NCBI GenBank assembly: GCA_014905635.1
Contig: CM026548.1
Span: forward strand, 992,001 to 1,056,000
Source: Scenedesmus sp. PABB004
Taxonomy: Eukaryota
Direction: 5' to 3'
Length of the DNA stretch: 64,000 bases
A model generated the notes under the pieces. The model made no database searches. It saw nothing but the letters and a program-made list of their open reading frames with translations, and was not told the DNA's origin. Both the position numbers and the translations under genes were made by a program. Positions 54,767-64,000 of the stretch are shown here, in pieces. Every line of letters begins with the position of its first letter. Position 1 is the first letter of the stretch.

Positions 54767-57314
54767 ATGGCGAGCGCCGAGGTGCAGGAGGCGGTCGCCC
54801 TGCTGCAGAAGACCGGCTCCAGCGATGGAGGGAGCCTGTACGAGCAGCTCACGCACCTGATTGCCAAGGCACGGCGCGGCGCGGCGCCGGCGCGGCCTTC
54901 GCGAGCTGCGGAGCTCGCTCGCGCCGTCTTCTGGCGCTCAGCGCGCCGCCGCCGCCGCTGCCGCCTCCGCCCAGGTGCTGGAGGAGAAGCCTTCCAACCC
55001 CGTGGACCTGCGGGAGACGGCGCTGCTCAACACAAAGGCCGCCGGCGCGCCGGGCGCGGCCGCAGCAGCGCCGCCGGTGCGTGGCGGGCGCGCGCCCGCG
55101 CCAGGGGGGCCCGCCGGCCTCCAGCATGCCCCAGCAGCTGCGCAGCATGCGTGCCGGCGCACCCACGCCACCGCCCGGGCCGCCACCGCGCCGCGCGCAG
55201 AGCATCGCCGACGCCGCGCGGGCGGTCGCCGCGGCCAAGCTCTACGGGTGCGCTGGCTGGCCGGCGGGCTGGCAGCGAGGCGCGCGGCTCCATCTTGCGC
55301 TGCCCTGACCCGCGCGCTTACGCCGCCTGCGGGCGCGCCGCAGCGCGGGCGACGTGCCGATCGACTCGGAGACGGGCGAGCCGGTGGAGGTGGAGCCGCC
55401 CAACGAGGCGCGGCGCGGCGCGGCCGTGCCGGCCAACCAGCCAGCTGGCCGGGCTGCAGCCCGTCGGCGACCCCCTGAGCAGCAGCCGCCGCCGCGCCGC
55501 CGCGCCGCCGCGCAGTACGAGTGCGAGGACATCCAGGGCGACGCGGCGCTGTTCAGCGCGCTCGGCGTCGGCCTCGGCCGCGCGGAGATGACCGACGTCG
55601 CGCTCGCGGTCAAGCGCCTCGGCGAGGATCCGCGCAAGGGCGTGGCCACGGTGCGCGCGGCCGCGGCGCCGCGGCGCGGCGCGCTGCCTGCAGGCGCTGG
55701 CTGTCCTGCGAGCGCGCGGCGCACCGGCCGCCCCGCCCCGCGCGCAGGTGCGCTTCTTCGGCAAGTTCTTCGGCACCCACGCCGACTACTACGTTTTTGA
55801 GACCACGCTCCGGTCGCCGCCGGAGGAGCCCGAGCGCGGTGCGGCGGCGCGCACGCGGCGGCGCGCACGCGGCAGCGGCAAGGGCCGGCGGGGCGGAGAG
55901 GGGCGGCTGCGGGCGGCGCGCGACGTCGCGGCGCCGGCGCCGCAGGCGAGGGCGAGGCCGCGGGCGAGGCGCCGCTGGAGTGGGGCAGCGGCGCCAACGC
56001 CTACGTCTACTTTGTGGGCAACGCCCTCGGCGGCCCGCTCACGCAGCTGCCGCACGTCACGCCCGCCCAGGCGCGCGCCGCGCGCCGCGCGCCCGCGCCG
56101 CCGCCGCGCGCGGGCGGCGCCGGCCGCCGAGCGCGCGCCCGCCGCGCGCAGGTGAAGGCGGCGCGGCAGCTCAAGCGCCTGCTGACGGGGCGGCTGGACG
56201 CCCGCGTGAGCAGCTACCCGGTCTTCCCCGGGCGCGAGGCAAACTTCCTGCGCGCCCAGGTGCGACCCCGGCTCGCGCGCACGCACGCCACACGCCCCCT
56301 GCGGGCCGCACCTGGCCGGGAGCCGCGGCCGCCGCGCGCGCGCGCGCACGCCGCGCACCGCTCGACCGCACCGCGCGGCGCTTGCGCGCCAGATCGCACG
56401 CATTTCGTGCACCACCGTGGTCTGCCCCGCCGGGCTGTTCGTGGTGAACGAGGACGGCGGCCTGGAGGCGGCGGAGGAGCCGCCGCAGCTGCCCGTGCGC
56501 GAGATGGGCGCGCCCGCCAACTGGGTCCACAGGTGCCTCCGCGGCGCGGGGGCCGGCCGTCGCCGTCTGGCCCGGCTGGCCCGGGCACGGCGCGCGGCCG
56601 CGGCGCGCGCGGCGCCCCGTCACGGCCGCGCGCCGCGCGCCCTGCGTCGCTGGCTCCCCGCAGGTACCCCCACCTTAAGCGCCAGGGCCGCTGCGCGGTG
56701 CACAAGCGCGAGGCGCCGGAGGGCGAGGAGGACAGCTTTGAGTACACGTGCGCCCCGCCGGGGCGACGCGCCGCAGCGGCCCCGCGTTGTCGCTGCCGGC
56801 TGAGCGCGCGGGCTCCACCGCGGCCGCCGCCCGCGCCCGCCCGCCCGCGTTCCGCACGCGCGCAGCGAGGAGGAGCTGGAGGAGGGCCCCGAGCAGCTCG
56901 CGGCGCTGGAGGGCGACGACGAGGTCGGCGGCGGGCCGGCGTGGAGCCCGCTGTTCAGCAGCAGCGACGCGCACGTCAAGAACCAGGCGCGCACCCGGGC
57001 GGCGCCCGGGGCGCGGGCCGCAGTGGGCCGCAGCGGGTCGTGCAGCACGCGCCTCGGCCGCGGTCGCGCACGCCTTGGGGCCGCGCGCCGCGCCGCAGGT
57101 CGCGGGCCTGCGCAGCAACCTGTGGCCCGGCGCCGCGTGCGCGTGCCTCGGGCCGCGCTTCACCAACGTGTACGTCGGCTGGGGCGCCAAGGCGGGGCCG
57201 TACCTGCCGCCCCCGCCGCCGCCGGTGGCTGCCGAGTACGACGCGGCGCTTGTGGAGAGCGCGGAGCTGCCGCCCCGCGCCGCGCCCGGCGGCGACGGCG
57301 GTGCGGAGGAGTGA
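54767..57314 (+). CDS. Radial spoke head protein RSP4/RSP6 family
   Basis: SLYEQL...K/VLEEKP, VRFFGKFFGTHADYYVFE, GANAYVYFV, LP.VTPAQ/V..AR.LKRLLTG.L, FPGREANFLRAQ/IARIS, LRSNLWPGA, F.NVYVGWG.K. Confidence 0.93.
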
Positions 57315-57588
57315 CGCCCGCGGCGGCGAGCGCGGGGGCGCGGAGGGGAGGGGGCGGGGGGGGGGGGGGCAGGGCAAGTCGGTGGCCGCGGCGGCAGGCA
57401 ACCCTTGATGCCGGCCGTCGGCGGCGGAGCCGCGGACGCCCAACGCTGACGGCCGCGACGTGGCGGTCGAACCCCGCGCAGCCTGTGGGTTTTCCGCCGC
57501 GCTCGCAGCTCCCGCGAGGCTCTCCCGGCACAGCCGCGGTCTAGTAGAGCTCCTAGGCCCTCCGCGCCCACCGCCCAGCGCCGCAGCA

Positions 57589-58525
57589 ATGTGGCGGCCT
57601 TCCGCCGCCCCGCCGGCGGCCTGCGCAGCGCTGCTCCTGCTGCTCGCGGCGCTCAGGTGCGTGACTGTGGCGCAGCATCCGGATCCAACCTGTGTTGGCC
57701 GGCAGCCGTGGCCGCTCGGCACCGGCGGCACCGGCGCCGCCGCTGCTGCTGCCGCGCTCGCTGCCCGCCCGCCCTGTCGACCCCGCTCTCCCACACACCC
57801 ACCCCCGCTGACGCTCCCGCCGGTGCTCCGCAGGTGCGAGGGCCTGCCGCGCGAGCACGCCGCCGCCGCGGCGCGCCGCGCGCTCGCCATGTCCCCGCCC
57901 GAGCCGCCGACGGAGTGCGCCGACGGCTCGCCGTTCGTTGAATGCCTCGTCGACCCCTGCGCCTCGCGAACCTGCCGCACCGGCCGCGTCTGCGCGAGCG
58001 GGTGGGCGCGCGCGCGCTGCGCCGCGCCCCGCGCTCCCCCTTCCCCACCCTCCACGCTCCCACCCGCCCCGGCGCCCACCCCCGACCCCGCCCCGCACGC
58101 GCGCCTCGACCAGCTACTGCGAGAAGTGCAGCGCGCAGTGCGTGACCGCCGCGCCGTGCGCCAACGGCGCGGTGCGGCTCAACTGCCTCAACACCGCGTC
58201 TGCTTGCATTTTCGTCAAAATGGGGTTCGGCAAGAGCTGCGTTCCGGACGCGTGCAACGGTTGCAGCGCGGTGGGCGTCGGGCCCTGCAAGCCCGGGCGC
58301 TACGTCGACGCCGACGCGCTCGCGTGCGTGCGCTGCCGGCGCGGCTTTGCGTGCGCCGGCGGCAACTCGACCACGGCCACCGCCGATCCCCAGCCGTGCA
58401 ACGGGGGGTTCTACTCACCCAACCCCGGCGCGGCGGTGTGCACGCGCTGCCCCCCTGGGCACATGACCCCCAGCGTGCCGCCGGGCAAGGGCTACACGGA
58501 GTGCAAGCCCCTCGAGGGCGGCTAG
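57589..58525 (+). CDS. Small secreted cysteine-rich protein with GCC2/GCC3 (ephrin-receptor-like) repeats
   Basis: Signal-like ACAALLLLLAALRC; C.PG.Y...C..C..GF.C and PC..GFYS...G...C..CP.G patterns. Stop TAG 58523-58525. Confidence 0.72.
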
Positions 58526-58821
58526 CGCGCGCGTGCGCGCGCGCGCGCGCGTGCGTGCAGCTTCTCACGGGGAGGGAAATGGCAGGGGTCCTTGCGACGA
58601 TGCCTCATGCGAATTGCTCTGTCAGTCGGCGCGCCTGCACTGTCGCTTGCGCGGCCGCCGCGCCACCACCGCGTCTGCGCGCACCCCCACCCAGCTCACA
58701 CGCTCACGGACTCTGCTTCACTGGCGCGCTGCCATCACGGCGATCGATGATGGGGGAGGGGAGGGAGGTCTATTGACGATTGGTCGGGCGCACCCGCGCC
58801 TGGGGAGATCGGGCTCGGTTG

Positions 58822-58826
58822 TGTAA
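58822..58826 (+). promoter_or_regulatory. TGTAA chlorophyte-type polyadenylation signal (candidate)
   Basis: TGTAA about 300 nt downstream of the Cys-rich gene stop. Confidence 0.5.
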
Positions 58827-59258
58827 ACTGATGTGGCGGCTGCGAGCCTCGCGGTTGGTTCGCTTACCACCCCCAGCAGCAGCTTTGCAAGCAACGGCGC
58901 CCAGCGCCAAGGGGGAACAGATGCGTGACGGATGAGCTCCAAGAGAGTTGTCAGAACTCTCACCACCACCACCGACAAACGAGTAGCGGCGGCGGCCGGC
59001 CCGCTCGCCGCGACGACAAACACGACAAACACGCGGCGCCGGCGGCGGCGCCCCGCCCTGCAGCGCGCGCTCCCTCATCATCACATGCAATCTCTCACCG
59101 CACACAACAACGGCGCCGCGAGGCAGCGCTGCCCGCGGCGCGGCCGGCCGGGCAGGCAAGTCTTGCCGCCCGCGCCCCACACCGCTCGGGATCCCCCCGA
59201 TGCCGCCCCAAACCCGTTAACAGCTGTGGCAGCAATGGTCAAGCACGCGCGGCGGCGC

Positions 59259-60053
59259 TCAGTCGTCGGAGCGGCTGACGCACGCGAGCGCGTGCTGCAC
59301 GCTCTCCTTAAAGCTGCGCAGCTCCAGCAGCTCCGCCTGCTGCTCCGCCATGCGCACCATGAGCGCCGTGACCTGCGTGCGCAGCTCCGTCACCTGCGGG
59401 CGTGCGGGAGCGGCGGCGGCAGCAGGGGGTAAGGGCAGGCGCGCCTGCGCCCGCTTTGGGCGGCGCGCGGGCGAGCGGCGCGGCGCGGCGGCGCGCGGGC
59501 CGCGGGTGCTGAGCCCACCTCGGTCGCCGCCATGGCGCGCAGCAGCTGGACCTCCAGCTCCAGCACGTTGAACTCGGCGTGCAGCTGCGCGCCATCGCCG
59601 TGCGCAGCGGCGCGCCCGTTGGCGGCGGCGTCCGCGTCGCCGTCCGCGGCGCGCCCGTCGCTGGCGGCGCCGTCGGCGCCACCGCCGTCCGCGGCGCGCC
59701 CGTCGGCGGCGGCGCCGCGCAGGTGCGCCAGCAGCGCGCTCTCCTTGAGCGCCGCCGACGGCGCCGCGCCGTGCCCGTCGGCCGGCGGCGCGGGCCGCGG
59801 CGGCAGGCTCTGCGCCGCGCAGCGCGGCGTCGACGGCAGCGGCGGCGACGCCGCGCCGCGCTCCGACCGGCTGGCTTGCGAGTCCTTGTCCTGCAGAGTG
59901 CGGGGGGAGCAGGGCGCGCAGGGAGTGACGGGGGGCAGGGCCTGGCATCGGCGCGAGCCGCGGCGGCGGCGGCGGCAGCGGCGCCACCGCGGCGCCGCGC
60001 GTGCGCACCGTGGCGCAACAGCAGCGCTCGCGCCACCCGTCTGCCACGCCCAT
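59259..60053 (-). CDS. Hypothetical protein with C-terminal coiled coil; 3 exons
   Basis: MGVADGWRERCCCAT / DKDSQ...LHAEFNVLELEVQLLRAMAATE / VTELRTQVTALMVRMAEQQAELLELRSFK; canonical GT-AG junctions. Confidence 0.6.
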   Translation of the reverse strand: MGVADGWRERCCCATVRTRGAAVAPLPPPPPRLAPMPGPAPRHSLRALLPPHSAGQGLASQPVGARRGVAAAAVDAALRGAEPAAAARAAGRRARRGAVGGAQGERAAGAPARRRRRRARRGRRWRRRRRQRRARRGRRRGRRRQRARRCARRWRAAARRVQRAGAGGPAAARHGGDRGGLSTRGPRAAAPRRSPARRPKRAQARLPLPPAAAAAPARPQVTELRTQVTALMVRMAEQQAELLELRSFKESVQHALACVSRSDD

Positions 60054-60469
60054 GGTGGTGCACGCCGGCCGGCTGCTGCCGCCCTGTGCGAGCCCCGCGC
60101 CGGGTTGAGCGCGCCGGGTTGAGCGCGCCGGGTTGAGTTATGCTGCTCGCGCGCGTCTGCGTCTGCGCGAGGGGGCCTGAGGGCGCTTGCGGCGGTGCCT
60201 TGCGGAGAGCGCACCGTGGGCTGTGCCTCCGCGCCGGGGCGCTGGGCGGGGCGGCGGGGGCGCGCCAGCGGTTCGGGGCTTACGGCCCTTGCGTGCTCGC
60301 GCCGCGCCCGCGCACAGCGAGCGCCTGGCCGAGCCGGGAGAGGCCGCACCCGGCGCACTGAGAGTGGCCGGGCCAGCCCCACAGGCGCCCCCGGCAGCGG
60401 AGGGAGCCCGAGCAATCATCCGCACGCCGCAGCCCGCACCCCTCGCGGGCCCCGCGCCCCCCCGTCGTC

Positions 60470-62573
60470 ATGGCGGCTCACGCCGGCTCGGTGGCACAGC
60501 GTGACACCGCCTCAGACGATTTCCGCATGTGCGCGTCGCGCAGCGGCGCGGCGCCGCTGCAGCGCGCGCGCCGCCGCCCACCGCCGCCTGCCGCCGCTGC
60601 CGTGTCCGCCGCGCAGGTACAGCTACAAGATCGAGCCCTGCTCCCAGGTTTGCGTGCCCCCCAGGTCGCCCGGGCCCGACGCAGCGCGCGTCGCGCTGCC
60701 GCCCGCTCACGTCGCGGCGCTGCTCCCCGCGCCGCAGCCCGGCTCCCACGACTGGAACTGCTGCCCGTACGCGCACCCCGGCGAGCGCGCGCGGAGGCGA
60801 GACCCCCGCACGCACAGCTACAGCGCGGTGACGTGCGTCGAGTTCATGCGGGTGGGTGCGGTTGCCCGAGTCGCCGCCGCACCGCGCGGCCGCTGCGCGC
60901 GGGGCGCCCAGCCGCCGCCGCCGCCGGCGTGACCCCCCGCGCGACCCGCCGCCGCCGCCGCCGCGCCGCGCAGCTCGGGCGCTGCCCGCGCGGCGACGCG
61001 TGCCACATGGCGCACAGGTGCGCGCCGCCGCGCGCGGGGCGCTGCAGCTGCCCGCCGCAAGCCCGCCGCTCTCGCCCGCCGCTCTCTCCCGCCGTCGCCC
61101 ACCGCCCGCCGCCGCCGCGCGCAGTGTGTTTGAGTACTGGCTCCACCCAGACCGCTACCACACGCACATGTGCAAGGACGGCGACGCCTGCAAGCACCGC
61201 GTCTGCTTCTTCGCGCACTCAGCCGGCGAGCTACGCGCGCCGCCGCACCTGCGGCCGGCCGGCGCGCCGGGCGCCGGCAGCGGCGCCAGCGGCGGCGCCA
61301 GCAGCAGCAGCACTGCAGCGAGCGGCGCGCCCGCTGCGGGCGGCGCGGCAGCCGCTGCCGCCGCCGGTGCGGCCGCGCCCGCGCCGGCCGGCGGCCCGCT
61401 GCCGGGGGCGCGGCCGGCCTCGGCAGCGCCGGCAGCGCACCGCACTTGCGCCAGGCTGCTGCTGCGCTGGGCGGCGCCGGTGCGGCGGGCACGGGCACAG
61501 TCTCGGCGCAGCTGCAGGCGCAGCCGCCGGGGCTCCCGCTGGCGGTGCTGAGCGTGCCGGCGGCCTCGCCGGGCGGCAGCAGCCAGCCGGGCAGCGCGCC
61601 GTCGCCGGGGGCCGTCAGCACCAGCAGCGCCACCAGCAGCGCGCTGCAGTGGCGGCCGCCGGGCCTCGCGGTGGCGGGCAGCGCCGCGGCGGGCTGTGCC
61701 CCGCCGCCCGGCCTCGCAGGCGGCGCCGCGGCCGTCGGCCTGGCGGCTGCGCCCGGCGGGCGGCGGGGGAGCTTCTCTTCGGCCTCGCTCTCCGACGGCC
61801 TGCACACGCCGGCCGTGGCCTTGCAGCAGCAGCAGCAGTGGCAGGCCACGACGGCGCAGCAGAACGCGCAGCAGCTCGGGGAGCAGGACGCCGCGCACCA
61901 GGCGCTGCAGGCGCAGCTGCAGGCGCAGCTGCAGCAGCTGCGCCGGCAGCAGGCGACGACGCAGGCGCACCAGGCGCAGTACCAGGCGCAGCTGCAGGCG
62001 CAGCTGCAGGAGGTGCAGGCGTTGGAGCAGACGCTGCAGCACCAGGCGCTGGGGCAGCACGTCTGGCAGCAGCGCCAGCCGCCGGCGCTCGCGCTGCAGC
62101 AGGCGCAGCAGCAGCTGCTGCAGGCGCAGTACCTCACGCAGCAGGGCCTGCTGCTGCAGCCCGGCGGCGAGGGCTGGCAGCAGCAGCAGCACCAGCACCA
62201 GCACCAGCAGCTCTCCGCGTTGGCGCCGCTGCCGCAGCCGTTGCCGCTGCCGCAGCTGCTCGGGGGCGGCCCGGTGGTGCTGCAGGCGGGGGGCTTTGCG
62301 TCGCCGCAGCCCGGCGGCGCGTCCGGCCCGCTCTGCTACGCCGCGCCGCCGCCGCCCCACGGCGCCGGCGGCGGGGCGCCGCCCACGGCGGGCCTGGACG
62401 CGGCGGCTCTCCCCGGCATGCTGTCGTCGCTGGCGCTGCAGGCGGCCGAGGCGAGCGAGGAGGCCAGCGCGGCGGCGGCGCGGGCCGACGCGGCGCGGCG
62501 GCAGCTCGAGGAGTGCGTCGCCACGCTGGGCCTGGGGCAGCAGGGCGCCGCGCCCGGCAGCGACGGGCGCTGA
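60470..62573 (+). CDS. RR-TZF tandem CCCH zinc-finger protein with Gln-rich C-terminus; apparent frameshift ~61400-61500
   Basis: [37 protein letters not shown].../[25 protein letters not shown]...VCFFAH. Confidence 0.92.
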
Positions 62574-63510
62574 GGGCGCGCCGCGCCGCATCGGTCGTGT
62601 GTGTCTACATCTATCTATCGATCTGGGCAGATCAGGCCGGTCGGGATCACCGTTGATTGCCTCTGCGTGCGGGCGCTGCGCGGCTCTGTGACGCGCCGCG
62701 CGGACGCGCGCGGCGGCCGAGGACTGCCGCAGCGCGGCGGGCGGCGGCGTGCTTACGCGCGCGCATGCCTCGCGCGCCAGGTGGCACTTGTGCTTGAGCC
62801 CGTCATCATTCTGTCATCCTATTCCATCTGTGTCCCTGCCCGACGCGCTGCGGCGGCGCACGCGCGAGGGAGCACTTGCTCAGAGGGCGCGGCGGCCTGC
62901 ACAACACACCTGGGAGGCCCGCGCCGGCGCCGGCGCGGCGCGCGTCTGTGCTGCGCGCGGCCCGCCCTTGCTCTCGGAGGTGTTTGCTCTTCGGGTGTTA
63001 CCTTGTTAGTTCAACGCGCTGCGGCGACAACGGCCGGGGGGGGGGGGGTCCCGTGCGCGCGCGCGCTGCGCCTCGAGTGTGGCGGCGCAGCAGCAGGGCG
63101 CGCAGCACTTGGCGGCGTGGGAATGCGTGTCCTTCCTGCGAGCAGCAGATCACGCACGCTCTGCTCATCCGTTGCACCGCCGGACGGCCAGCTCGCTGGC
63201 CGGCGGGCCTGGCTGCTGCATGACTTGGGGCTGCCGCCTTGGCGCCCACACAGAGACGCACTTGCTTGCGCGGAGCCGCCGCGGTCACATTGGGCCGCGC
63301 CACGTGGGGAGCACTGTCATCTTGGCGGCGGCAGTGGTGGGTGCCCTTTCACGCCCGTGGGCGCTCCCTCTTGGCCAGCCGGTGCATAAGGAAACGGGAA
63401 ACGGGAGCGGGCCGGACTCGGCGCGCGCCGCTGATCGACAGCTGTGAAGCTGCGCTGGCGGCGTCTCGTGGTGGCTCGTGGTGGCTCGTGGTGGGCCCGG
63501 GTCTCGGCCG

Positions 63511-63515
63511 TTACA
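63511..63515 (-). promoter_or_regulatory. TGTAA polyadenylation signal for eIF3d (candidate)
   Basis: ttaca on the + strand, about 65 nt after the eIF3d stop. Confidence 0.6.
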
Positions 63516-63580
63516 CGCAACGCCGCCAGTGCGCGCACCCCGCCCGCCCGCCCCCCGCTCGCCCGCGCCGCCGTCGCTGT

Positions 63581-64000
63581 TCACTCGTCGGCGGCCTCGT
63601 CCGCCGCGGCCGGCGCCTCGGCGGGCACCTCGTCCGCGTCGGCGAGCGGCTCCTCAACGTAGTTGGTCTCAAACGCGTCCTGCGCGCCGCGGCAGGGCGC
63701 GGGGCGCGGGGCGGGCGGGCGAGCGGGCGGGCGGCGCGGGCCCGTCAGCCCCGCGGCGCCGCGGCAAGCGCGGCGCCGAGAGCAGCGCGGCGCCGAGAGC
63801 AGCGCGGCGCCGAGAGCAGCGCGCGGGCGGGCCAGACGCGCGCGGTGGCGAGAGCAGCGCGCGGGCGGGCCGGGCGCGTGTGGCGTCGCGGCGCGCGGCG
63901 CGGCGCCGGGGCGCGGCGCGGCGTCGGCGGTCACCTCTGGCACCGCGTAGAGTCGCAGCAGCTCCTTGTTGGGGTCCTTGACCAGCAGGTAGCGGCCCTC
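63581..64000 (-). CDS. eIF3d: Translation initiation factor eIF3 subunit D, last two exons (partial)
   Basis: EGRYLLVKDPNKELLRLYAVPE/DAFETNYVEEPL matches the plant/algal eIF3d C-terminus. Stop 63581-63583. Confidence 0.85.
   Translation of the reverse strand, partial: EGRYLLVKDPNKELLRLYAVPEVTADAAPRPGAAPRAATPHAPGPPARCSRHRARLARPRAALGAALLSAPRCSRRRACRGAAGLTGPRRPPARPPAPRPAPCRGAQDAFETNYVEEPLADADEVPAEAPAAADEAADE

Noticed and set aside
60097..60137. Short triple direct repeats (gttgagcgcgccgg; similar ones at 52474-52520, 63770-63860, 28858-28908)
   Set aside because: Ordinary slippage duplications with no evidence of function.
11360..61500. Pseudogenes or programmed frameshifting in USB1 (~11370), PRP28 (~20070), LRR (~34935), GATA (~37670) and TZF (~61400-61500)
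   Set aside because: Each is a 1-2 nt slip in G/C runs or (GC)n within otherwise intact, partly essential genes, with no slippery heptamers. Assembly indel errors are the simplest explanation; check against raw reads.
1..64000. Alternative genetic code
   Set aside because: Reconstructed exons need no stop readthrough; TGA, TAA and TAG all terminate genes at expected positions.

Overview
Eukaryotic nuclear DNA, extremely GC-rich (about 75-80% by eye), gene-dense, with many short introns. Gene content and TGTAA poly(A) signals point to a chlorophyte green alga (inference). Most long ORFs in the supplied track are GC shadow ORFs, so I rebuilt genes by hand from exons and splice sites. About 22 genes, in order: 3' part of an axonemal dynein heavy chain; RlmN-like radical-SAM methyltransferase; USB1; a coiled-coil repeat / satellite / FHA locus; PRP28; an intronless membrane-anchored repeat protein; a mitochondrial carrier; a WRN/WEX-type exonuclease; an LRR-multipass membrane protein; a GATA factor; a small WW-like protein; an atypical response regulator; an ISS1/VAS1-like aminotransferase; a small hypothetical gene; a GT49 glycosyltransferase; a TLC/NTT-like transporter; RSP14 and RSP4/6 head-to-head; a Cys-rich secreted protein; a second hypothetical gene; an RR-TZF CCCH protein; the 3' end of eIF3d. 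Most notable: (1) a very high frequency of GC-AG introns (at least 21 in the window, 9 of 25 in dynein). (2) A 1.7-kb stop-free 21/31-nt satellite that appears to sit in the coding frame of an FHA gene, cycles through three reading phases and has helically phased A-tracts. (3) A thrice-repeated exon+intron module. (4) An LRR ectodomain fused to an XK-like multipass domain. Several single-base frameshifts in conserved genes suggest assembly indel errors. No rRNA, tRNA, CRISPR array or recognisable transposase was seen.
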